A stretch of DNA of 64,000 nt, taken from the NCBI GenBank assembly GCA_013822585.1, contig PNKG01000001.1, positions 1,084 through 65,083 of the forward strand. Reading direction: 5' to 3'. Below are positions 56,253 through 64,000 of this stretch, piece by piece. Below the pieces are notes generated by a model. It saw nothing but the letters and a program-made list of their open reading frames with translations. It had not been told where the DNA came from and ran no database searches. The DNA is from Opitutus sp. (lineage in GTDB: Bacteria > Verrucomicrobiota > Verrucomicrobiia > Opitutales > Opitutaceae). The position numbers and the translations under genes are program-made. Within the stretch, counting starts at the first letter, position 1, and each line of letters starts with the position of its first letter.

Positions 56253-57596
56253 GTGACGACTCGCCGCGAGCGCACCTCGCGCCGCCACGCCGCCGCCGAG
56301 CTGAACCGCCTCGCCACCGACGATCGCCCGGCGCACGACTGGTATCGCTTCGTGCTTTCCTACCCGCCGCATCTCGTGCGCGACTACGCGGCGAAATTCG
56401 GCCTCGGGCGCGGGCAGACGCTGCTCGATCCCTTCTGCGGCACGGGCACCACCGTCGTGGAGGCGCGCAAGCTCGGCCTCGACGGCCTCGGGATCGAGGC
56501 GCATCCGATGTCCCACTTCGCCTCGACTACGAAAGTCGACTGGACACCCGATTCGCGCACGCTGCTCGCCAACGCCGAGTGGATCGCGGCCGAAGCGCAC
56601 GCCGCGCTGATGCGCGACGGTATCATCGATGACGATCAACTCGAACTCGCCTGCGAACTCCCGCCACGTGCTCGTTTGCGCCGGCTATCAGACGAAGAAG
56701 ACAAGCTGCTCCTCGCCCGTTCGATCAGTCCCCTGCCGCTGCACAAGACGCTCGTGCTCCGTGACTGCATCGATCGATTCGCCGAGCCGGCCTTTCGCGC
56801 GCACTTCCGTCTCGCCCTGGCCAAGGCCCTCGTCGGTCCGGTCGGCAACCTGCATTTCGGCCCCGAAGTGGGCGTCGGCCCGGCCAGGAACGATGCCGCC
56901 GTGGTCTCCGCCTGGCTGGCCAACGTCCGGCAGGTGGCGGCCGATCTCGAACTGCTGCGCCGACATCGCAGCGGCGCCGCCCGGGTCATCCACGCCGATT
57001 CGCGCGATCTGCCGCGCGTGATCGCACCTGCGAGCATCGACGCCGTCATCACCTCACCGCCTTATCCCAACGAGAAGGATTACACCCGCACGACGCGGCT
57101 CGAGAGCGTGCTGCTCGGCTTCATCACCACCAAGGCGCAATTGAAGGCGTTCAAGCAGCACCTCATGCGCTCGAACACCCGCAACGTCTACAAGGCCGAC
57201 ACCGACGACGCCTGGGTGAAGGACCACCGGGAAATCCAGCGCATCGCGGCCGCGATCGAGGCGCGGCGCATCGAACTCGGCAAGACCAGCGGCTTCGAGC
57301 GGCTCTACCCCAAGGTCACAAAGCTCTACTTCGGCGGCATGGCGCGCCATCTCGCGGAGCTGCGACCGGCGCTCCGCCCCGGCGCCCGCCTCGCCTACGT
57401 CGTGGGCGATCAAGCCTCCTTCCTCCGCATCATGATCCGCACCGGCGAGCTGCTCGCCTCGCTCGCCGAGCCGCTCGGCTACAAGGTCGAGTCCATCGAC
57501 CTGTTCCGCACCAGGCTTTCCACCGCCACCAAGGAGCAGCTGCGCGAGGAGGTCGTTGTGCTCCGCTGGAAAGGCCAAACCCGCCATGCCCGCTAA
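56253..57596 (+). CDS. DNA methyltransferase, probably N4-cytosine (FxGxG precedes TSPPY)
   Basis: HDWYRF..SYPP, LDPFCGTGTT, ITSPPYPN, YVVGD. Start uncertain (56169, 56220 or 56253). Confidence 0.88.
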   Translation: MTTRRERTSRRHAAAELNRLATDDRPAHDWYRFVLSYPPHLVRDYAAKFGLGRGQTLLDPFCGTGTTVVEARKLGLDGLGIEAHPMSHFASTTKVDWTPDSRTLLANAEWIAAEAHAALMRDGIIDDDQLELACELPPRARLRRLSDEEDKLLLARSISPLPLHKTLVLRDCIDRFAEPAFRAHFRLALAKALVGPVGNLHFGPEVGVGPARNDAAVVSAWLANVRQVAADLELLRRHRSGAARVIHADSRDLPRVIAPASIDAVITSPPYPNEKDYTRTTRLESVLLGFITTKAQLKAFKQHLMRSNTRNVYKADTDDAWVKDHREIQRIAAAIEARRIELGKTSGFERLYPKVTKLYFGGMARHLAELRPALRPGARLAYVVGDQASFLRIMIRTGELLASLAEPLGYKVESIDLFRTRLSTATKEQLREEVVVLRWKGQTRHAR

Positions 57597-58151
57597 TACC
57601 AGTTACGACAAGCTTTGAGCCTTTTTACCGTAGCGGCGAGCGCCAGCGAGCCGACGATCTTCCACTCGCTGGTGCTCGCGGCCACCGGGCGAATCTAAAG
57701 TCTCGGAACGAAGCGTAACTGGTATAAGAAGGAACCGAATCGCTCCGAGAAGATCATCGAGCGCCTCTTCTTCGCGCATTTCCGCAAGGGCGACCGCTGG
57801 GTCGAGGTGCACCGCGACGAGATCGCGCCCATCGCAGCGAAGCTGAGCATCGCCCTGCCCGACAACCTCGGCGACGTCATCTACAGCTTCCGTTACCGCA
57901 CGCCCCTGCCGGCGAAAATCCGGCAGACGGCCGGGGCCGACGAGGCGTGGTTGATCCGCCCCGCGGGCAAATCCCGCTATCGATTCGTGCTGGTCCGCAG
58001 AGCGAGCCTCGCGCCTAACCCCGCGCTGGCCAAGACCAAGGTCCCCGATGACGGCATCCGCATCCGCCATGAGCGGCACTGCCAACTCGTCCCGCCCGGA
58101 GAGCTGACGGACGAAGAGCTGCGTTCGTATCGACTGCCTTCCGGCACCTGA
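57586..58151 (+). pseudogene. Degraded, internally deleted cognate restriction endonuclease
   Basis: The overlapping ATG gives only MPANTSYDKL*. A start-less frame from 57699 reads NRSEKIIERLF..LPDNLGDVIYSFRYR..KTKVPD and then goes directly into DGIRIRHERHCQLVPP; too short for a nuclease. Confidence 0.6.
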
Positions 58152-58214
58152 TCGACGCGCGGGCGACCTGTCATACCAGCGTCCGCTCGCTTCTGGACTA
58201 TTGGGCAGGCAGGC

Positions 58215-58268
58215 GGGCGCCGCCGTCCCCGGCGGCGACAGGCGTCGTCGGGGACGCCGACGCCCACC
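58215..58268. repeat. Inverted repeat of a second REP-like family
   Basis: GGGCGCCGCCGTCCCCGGCGGCG ... CGTCGTCGGGGACGCCGACGCCC. Confidence 0.5.
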
Positions 58269-58329
58269 CTGAAGTCAATTAGCTACGGGTGCTTGGTATC
58301 AGTGACGGGACACGTCTTTCGCGGGCCAG

Positions 58330-58358
58330 AAAAAAGCCCGCGACTTATGTCGCAGGCT
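58330..58358 (-). terminator. Terminator after the M13 peptidase
   Basis: Minus strand AGCCTGCGAC-ATAA-GTCGCGGGCT followed by a T run. Confidence 0.7.
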
Positions 58359-58386
58359 GAAAATCGTGCAGGGAGGCGGCGGGCGC

Positions 58387-60435
58387 TTACCAGATCCTGG
58401 TGCGATCCTCGGGTTTGCGCCACATCGGGTCGCCTTCCTTGATGCCGAAGGCGTCGAAGAACGGCTGAAAATTCACCAGTGCGCCGATGGCGCGGAAATT
58501 GCCGGGGGCATGCGGCCCGACCGCCACCTGGCGGCGCAGCGCGTCGTCGCGGTAGGCCGTGCGCCAGCCCTGCGCCCACGAGATGAAGAAGCGCTGCTCG
58601 GCGGTGAAGCCGTCGATCGGCGCCGGCGCGGGCTTGCCCTTGAGCGAGCGCTGGAAGGCCTCGAACGCGATCGACACGCCGCCGAGGTCGGCGACGTTCT
58701 CGCCGAGCGAGAGCGCGCCGTTGACCTTCAGGCCGGGCAGCGCCTCGTAGCCCGAATACTGGTCGATCAGCTTCTGCGCCCGGGCGCGGAACTGCGCGTC
58801 GTCCTCCGGCGTCCACCAGTCGGTGAGGTTGCCGTCGGCGTCGTAGCGGCGGCCCTGGTCGTCGAAACCGTGCGTGATCTCGTGGCCGATGACGCCGCCG
58901 ATCATGCCGTAATTGACCGCGTCGTCCTGGGTGAAATCGAAGAACGGCGGCTGGAGGATGCCGGCGGGGAACACGATCTGGTTGGCCGTGGGCTGGAAGT
59001 AGGCGTTCACGGTCGGGGGCGTCATGCCCCACTCGGACTTGTCGACGGGCTGGCCGAGCTTGGCGCTGTTGCGCGCGACCTCGAAGGCGACGGCGCTGCG
59101 CACGTTGGCGAAGAACGAGCCGCGCGCGAGGGCGACGCTGGAGTAATCGCGCCATTTGTCGGGGTAGCCGATGCGGGCCTCGAAGCGCGCGAACTTCGCG
59201 AGCGCCTTCTCGCGCGTGGGCCGGCTCATCCACTCGAGCGTGGCGAGGCGGTCGCGCATGACGTTCTTGATGTTCGTGATCATCTCGTCCATGCGGGCCT
59301 TGGCCTCGGGCGGGTAGTGCCTGGCCACGTAGAGCTGGCCGAGCGCCTCGCCGATCATGCCGTCCACGGTGCGGGCGGCGCGCTGCCAGCGGGGTTCCAT
59401 CTGCGGCGTGCCGCGGAGCACGGTGCTGTAGAAGCGGAACTGCTCCTCCTCGAACGGCGCGGCGAGATACGGCGCGGCGCCGATGAGGGCGCGGTAACGG
59501 AGGTAGGTCTTCCAGTCGCCGATCGGGCGCCCGGCGAGGGCCTGGGCGAGGCCTTCGACGAACTTCGGCTGGCCGACGATGGCGTAGTCGACGGCGCCGA
59601 GGTCGAGGCCGGTGCCGCGCAACACGGCCGTGACCGGGAACGGGCTGAACAGTTTCTCGAGCTCGGCGAGGGAGACGCGGTTGTAGTTGGCGAGGCGGTC
59701 GCGGAGCTCGACCGGCGTCTTGGCGTTCTGCGCCAGCGCGGTCTCGAGCGCGAGGACGGTCTCCGCCGCGGCGCCGGCCTGCTCGCCGGTCGCGCCGGCG
59801 AGGGCGAACATTTTCGCGACGTGCTCCTTGAACTGCTCGCGGACCTTCGCGAAGCCCTCCGCGAAATAGTAATCCCGGCTCGGCAGGCTCATGCCGCCCT
59901 GGAAAACGTAGAGCGCATTGACCTCGCTCTTCTTCTGGTCGGCGAAGACGAACTGGCCGAAGAGCCCGCCGCCGGCGGTCCGGCGCAACTCGCCCACGAC
60001 CTGCGCGAGCGAGGCGAGGTCGGTGATGCTGTCGATCCGGTCCAGCATCGGCTGGAGCGGCGCCAAGCCCGCGGCGTCGATCGCGGCGGTGTCCATCGCG
60101 CTGGCGAAGAAGTCGCCGACCTTCTGCTCGACCGAGCCGGCGGGGTGCGTGCGGGAGGAGACGTCCTCGAGGATGGCCTTGAGGTTGGTCCAGTTGTTCT
60201 GTTCGAGGGTGTCGAAGGCGCCGAAGCGGGACTTATCGGCGGGCATCTGGAAGTGCTCATACCAGGCGCCGGCGGCGAACTTGGCGAAGTCGGCGCGCGG
60301 GTCGACGCCGGGGTCCATGTGCTGGACGGAGAAGCCGCTGGGCAGCTTGGCCGGGGTGGCGGCCGCCGCGAGCAGCGGGAGCAGGGTGCAGGCGAGCGCG
60401 AGGCCGCCGATCCGGGGGAGACGGGGAGGTTTCAT
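58387..60435 (-). CDS. M13-family metallopeptidase (PepO/neprilysin-like), secreted
   Basis: VNAYF, HEITHGFD, GENVADLGG, PHAP..FR; signal peptide. Confidence 0.95.
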   Translation of the reverse strand: MKPPRLPRIGGLALACTLLPLLAAAATPAKLPSGFSVQHMDPGVDPRADFAKFAAGAWYEHFQMPADKSRFGAFDTLEQNNWTNLKAILEDVSSRTHPAGSVEQKVGDFFASAMDTAAIDAAGLAPLQPMLDRIDSITDLASLAQVVGELRRTAGGGLFGQFVFADQKKSEVNALYVFQGGMSLPSRDYYFAEGFAKVREQFKEHVAKMFALAGATGEQAGAAAETVLALETALAQNAKTPVELRDRLANYNRVSLAELEKLFSPFPVTAVLRGTGLDLGAVDYAIVGQPKFVEGLAQALAGRPIGDWKTYLRYRALIGAAPYLAAPFEEEQFRFYSTVLRGTPQMEPRWQRAARTVDGMIGEALGQLYVARHYPPEAKARMDEMITNIKNVMRDRLATLEWMSRPTREKALAKFARFEARIGYPDKWRDYSSVALARGSFFANVRSAVAFEVARNSAKLGQPVDKSEWGMTPPTVNAYFQPTANQIVFPAGILQPPFFDFTQDDAVNYGMIGGVIGHEITHGFDDQGRRYDADGNLTDWWTPEDDAQFRARAQKLIDQYSGYEALPGLKVNGALSLGENVADLGGVSIAFEAFQRSLKGKPAPAPIDGFTAEQRFFISWAQGWRTAYRDDALRRQVAVGPHAPGNFRAIGALVNFQPFFDAFGIKEGDPMWRKPEDRTRIW

Positions 60436-60717
60436 GTTAACAGTGTTAGGTTGGAGGAGGCAAAGGAACGAGGGGGCCGACCGTGCCGGGCCGCGGGACG
60501 GCCGCCAGCCCCGATGAGATGAACGGAGCCGCGGCATGGTCGAACGGCGCAAGAGCCACGCGACTTGACGGGGCAGATGGCGAGCCCAAGCAGCCCCTTC
60601 CCCGGGCTGTGGAGGCGTGAAGGGGTCCGGCCGCCGGCCCGGGTGGAGCGCGTTGGGGCCAACGCGCTCCGACGCGGGGCGACTGGTGTTGGAGAGGATG
60701 CCGAAGCCCACACAAAG

Positions 60718-60897
60718 TTGAACGCCGCCCTGCCGCCCGCGCTACTTCCCGGAGCCAGCTCCGGGGATGGCGGATTTCGCAGGCGCTCGGAACGACGCGC
60801 GGCTTGCCCAGCCCGCTGGCGCGGGACTGGCCGGGCGGCGTCCCAACCTCACTTGGGAAACCCCGCAGCAAGCTGCGGGGAACGTGGCCGCATTCAA
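60718..60897 (+). mobile_element. ~180-bp dispersed structured repeat, copy 3
   Basis: TTGAACGCCGCCC ... CCCCGCAGCAAGCTGCGGGGAA ... TTCAA; aligns with copies 1 and 2. Confidence 0.7.
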
Positions 60898-61002
60898 TTG
60901 CTTGGGGGCTTGGTGCCATTCGGCGCCGGGGGAGGGGTGCCGACATCCGCCTTCGGGCGAGCAGCAGCGCAGGGTTTCGGCGTCACTGTCGCGCCGCGAT
61001 TC

Positions 61003-62007
61003 TCAGGCGAGGACACGGTCGATGCGCGCCAGCTCCTCTCCGGCGAGCGGCGGCTGGGCGAGCGCACCGTGCAGGTCGTCGAGCTGCGCCACCTTGCTCG
61101 CGCCGATGAGCACCGTGGTGATCTCCGGCCGGCGCATCAGCCAGAGCACGGCGAGCTGCGCGAGCGTGCAGCCGCGGGCGACGGCGACGTCGTTGAGCGC
61201 GCGCACCTTGGCGAGCACCTCGGGCGTGACGCGCTCCGGCGGCAGGAACGGCGTCACGCCGCGCCCGGCGCGCGAGTCGGCCGGGATGCCGCCGAGGTAG
61301 CGGTTCGTCAGCAGGCCCTGCGCGAGCGGCGAGAACGGGATGCAACCGACACCGAGCTCGCCGAGCGTCGGCAGCAGCTCGGGCTCCACCCAGCGGTTGA
61401 ACAGATTGTAGACCGGCTGGTGGATGAGCAGCGGCACGCCGTGGCTGCGGAGGATGGCGGCGGCTTCGCGCGTGCGCCGGGCGTCGTAGTTGGAAATGCC
61501 CGCATAGAGCGCGCGACCGCTGCGCACGGCGTCGGCCAAGGCGCCCATCGTCTCCTCAAGGGGCGTGTCGTAGTCGGGCCGGTGCGAGTAGAAAATGTCC
61601 ACGTAAGGCAGCCCCATGCGCTTCAGGCTCTGGTCGAGCGAGGCGAGCAGGTATTTGCGCGAACCCCACTCGCCGTAGGGTCCGCCCCACATGCGGTAGC
61701 CGGCCTTGGTCGAGATGATGAGCTCGTCGCGGTGCGCGGCGAAATCCTCGCGCAGCAGGCGGCCGAAATTCTCCTCCGCGCTGCCCGGCGGCGGGCCATA
61801 GTTGTTGGCGAGGTCGAAATGCGTGATGCCGAGATCGAACGCGCGGCGCAGCAACGCGCGCTGGTTGTCGATGGGGTCGACGTGGCCGAAATTGTGCCAG
61901 AACCCGAGCGAAAGTCGCGGCAACATCAGTCCGGAGCGACCGCACCGCGCGTAGCGGCCGGTCTCGTAGCGGTGCGGGGCGGGGACGTAGGGGGCGGCGG
62001 ACGACAT
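61003..62007 (-). CDS. Aldo/keto reductase, L-glyceraldehyde-3-phosphate reductase (YghZ/Gpr/MgrA) family
   Basis: RCGRSGL.LP..SLG.WHNFG, THFDLANNYGPP.GSAE, STKAGY.MW.GPYG.WGSRKY. Confidence 0.93.
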   Translation of the reverse strand: MSSAAPYVPAPHRYETGRYARCGRSGLMLPRLSLGFWHNFGHVDPIDNQRALLRRAFDLGITHFDLANNYGPPPGSAEENFGRLLREDFAAHRDELIISTKAGYRMWGGPYGEWGSRKYLLASLDQSLKRMGLPYVDIFYSHRPDYDTPLEETMGALADAVRSGRALYAGISNYDARRTREAAAILRSHGVPLLIHQPVYNLFNRWVEPELLPTLGELGVGCIPFSPLAQGLLTNRYLGGIPADSRAGRGVTPFLPPERVTPEVLAKVRALNDVAVARGCTLAQLAVLWLMRRPEITTVLIGASKVAQLDDLHGALAQPPLAGEELARIDRVLA

Positions 62008-62110
62008 CGTGCGCGCAGCCTGCGCGAACGCCGCGCGCGGCTCAATGGTGATTTGGCATGAGCTGCACAGGGTCGAGGCCGTCGGAGAGAAGACCGCGTT
62101 CAATCTCGCC

Positions 62111-62770
62111 TTACCAACCAGCAGGCTTCGAAAGCGTGTGCCCGTTGTTCAGCACGTAGGGATCGGTAAACTGAAAGTTCTCCACGTCAGAACCAGTGAG
62201 CTGCCCCAGAGAGGCGATTCCACCAAAATTCTCCAGCCGACTATAGTAGTGAGCGGGATCGCCTCCGGGAAGGAATAGGCAACGCCGCGCTTTGACGCCG
62301 CGCTCCTTCAGCATCTTCAACGCGGGCAGGACATCCAAGTCTGCGGTAACGACACAGACTATGCCGGGCGGCGAATCGATGGCGTCGGTGACGATTCGCA
62401 ATGCCATACTGACATCGGACATCTTCTCGGTTGGATGCGCAAAGGAGAGATACTTGCCGCAGATGTCGGCTTTGCACTTACGCTCGCGGCTTTCGATCCG
62501 CCCAAGTTCCACCTCCACACCGGTGTCGCGCAAAGCCCGCCAGTAGGCTTCCTGCCGCTTGCGTTTCTCGGAGGTCGGATGGTGATCGCCCACCGGAGCC
62601 GTGAATAGGCGAACCCGGGCCACGGTGTCGTTAGGAAAACGCGACTGAATCAGTGCCCGCAGGTTGAGCCATTTCCGACCGGTGTGGTTTTCCAGCACGC
62701 GATGGTAGAGATTGAAACCATCAACATATGCGTAAACGGTTCGTGGAACGGGAGGAATCGGGGCGGCCAT
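62111..62770 (-). CDS. NYN-domain (PIN-like) nuclease
   Basis: YVDGFNLY, EK.SDV..A, VTADLD..P; A/T-richer than neighbours. Confidence 0.85.
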   Translation of the reverse strand: MAAPIPPVPRTVYAYVDGFNLYHRVLENHTGRKWLNLRALIQSRFPNDTVARVRLFTAPVGDHHPTSEKRKRQEAYWRALRDTGVEVELGRIESRERKCKADICGKYLSFAHPTEKMSDVSMALRIVTDAIDSPPGIVCVVTADLDVLPALKMLKERGVKARRCLFLPGGDPAHYYSRLENFGGIASLGQLTGSDVENFQFTDPYVLNNGHTLSKPAGW

Positions 62771-62857
62771 AATTTTATCTTGAAATACCAAGTCGGCTCC
62801 AGAGAGTGGGTGCACTTCCCACCGCAAGGTGGTTGAGGCGATCTCAGAGTCCCTCAC

Positions 62858-62888
62858 GAAAACCGCAGAGAATTCCTCTGCGGTTTTG
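62858..62888. terminator. Bidirectional terminator-like hairpin
   Basis: AAAACCGCAGAG-AATTC-CTCTGCGGTTTT. Confidence 0.65.
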
Positions 62889-62984
62889 TCGTTATGGGAG
62901 GAGCGTGGTGGTGCAAACAGCGGCCCGTGGAGCTACTTCACCATGTTCTTTGCTGAGCGCAACAAACTATGCGCGTGTCACCTA

Positions 62985-64000
62985 CTACAGCGCCGCCTCG
63001 AACGGCGCGCCGGTTTTGGCGCGGACCTCGTCGAGCGTCACACCGGGGTGCAGTTCGATCAGGCGCAGGCCGCCGGACGCGCTGCCGCCCTGTCCGCCGC
63101 CGTTGGGTTTCACCTCGAAGACGCAGAGGTCGGTGATGATGAGGCTGACGACGCCCTTGCCGGTGATAGGGAGCGTGCATTGCTTCAGGATCTTCGGGCT
63201 GCCGTCCTTGGCGCAGTGCTCCATCACGGCGACGACGCGCTTCACGCCGGCAACGAGGTCCATCGCGCCGCCGGGGCCCTTCACCATTTTGCCCGGCACC
63301 ATCCAGTTCGCGATGTCGCCGTTGTCGGCGACTTCGAGCGCACCGAGGATCGAGAGGTCGATGTGTCCGCCGCGGATCATCGCGAAGGAGTCGGCGCTGG
63401 AGAAGAACGCCGAGCCGGGGATGGTCGAGATCGTCTGCTTGCCGGCGTTGATGAGGTCGGCGTCGACCTTGTCCTCCGGCGGGAACGGCCCGATGCCGAG
63501 CAGGCCGTTCTCGGACTGGAGGGTGACGTTCATGCCGGCGGGGATGAAGTTGGCGACGAGCGTCGGGATGCCGATGCCGAGGTTGACGTAGTAGCCGTCG
63601 CGCAGCTCCTGCGCGGCGCGGCGGGCCATGAGTTCGCGGATGGGCGTTTCCTTTTTCGAGGCGGCGGCGCCCTGCACGGTGCGAAACTCGATGCGCTTCT
63701 CGTAGCGCGGGCCCTGGAGGATGCGATCCACGTAGATGCCGGGCGTGTGGATCTGGTCGGGCTCGAGTTCGCCGACCTCGACGAGTTCCTCGACTTCGGC
63801 CACGCACACGGCAGCGCAGGTGGCGATCATCGGGTTGAAGTTCCGCGCGGTTTTCCGGAAGACGAGGTTGCCGGACTTGTCGCCCTTCCAGGCCTTCACG
63901 AGCGCGACGTCGGCGCGGATGCCGCGCTCGAGGACGTATTCCTTGCCGTCGAAGGTTTTCGTTTCCTTGCCCTCGGCGAGCTTGGTGCCGAAGGCGGTGC
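62985..64000 (-). CDS. Succinyl-CoA:3-oxoacid CoA-transferase, fused A+B subunits; 5' part lies outside the window
   Basis: A-subunit end ([26 protein letters not shown]) runs in frame into the B subunit ([24 protein letters not shown]); frame open to the window edge. Confidence 0.92.
   Translation of the reverse strand, partial: TAFGTKLAEGKETKTFDGKEYVLERGIRADVALVKAWKGDKSGNLVFRKTARNFNPMIATCAAVCVAEVEELVEVGELEPDQIHTPGIYVDRILQGPRYEKRIEFRTVQGAAASKKETPIRELMARRAAQELRDGYYVNLGIGIPTLVANFIPAGMNVTLQSENGLLGIGPFPPEDKVDADLINAGKQTISTIPGSAFFSSADSFAMIRGGHIDLSILGALEVADNGDIANWMVPGKMVKGPGGAMDLVAGVKRVVAVMEHCAKDGSPKILKQCTLPITGKGVVSLIITDLCVFEVKPNGGGQGGSASGGLRLIELHPGVTLDEVRAKTGAPFEAAL

Noticed and set aside
1-64000. 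tRNA, rRNA, integrase, transposase or prophage genes
   Set aside because: None recognised by eye; a tRNAscan/Infernal run would be needed to exclude small RNAs.

Overview
High-GC bacterial chromosome segment. Gene content, A/C-rich leaders and REP-like palindromes suggest a verrucomicrobium (Opitutaceae-like), but this taxon is an inference. About 45 CDSs can be supported; no rRNA, tRNA, CRISPR array or transposase was recognised. Main points: (1) At the left end, a compact stand-alone YcaO-family gene is translationally coupled to a 62-aa Ser/Thr/Cys-rich ORF, a candidate RiPP precursor. The pair sits divergently from a large periplasmic-sensor hybrid histidine kinase and a NarL/LuxR regulator, and upstream of a TonB-dependent receptor and an S9 peptidase. 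This is the best candidate for an undescribed peptide-modification/signalling system. (2) A second RiPP locus of the MNIO (DUF692)/DUF2063/DoxX type has a signal-peptide precursor with 5x KGKD[SG]C and a twice-repeated GGAATA-N16-CTCTCA ECF-like promoter. (3) Three dispersed copies of a ~180-bp structured element have IS200/IS605-like ends. (4) REP doublets are inserted in frame as both linkers around the lipoyl domain of a fused E1a-E1b-lipoyl-E2 oxoacid dehydrogenase. (5) An mlaEFD operon is led by a Trp/Pro-repeat protein. (6) One type II R-M system is intact, and a second methylase has an internally deleted endonuclease. All family assignments come from motif recognition by eye; no database search was run.
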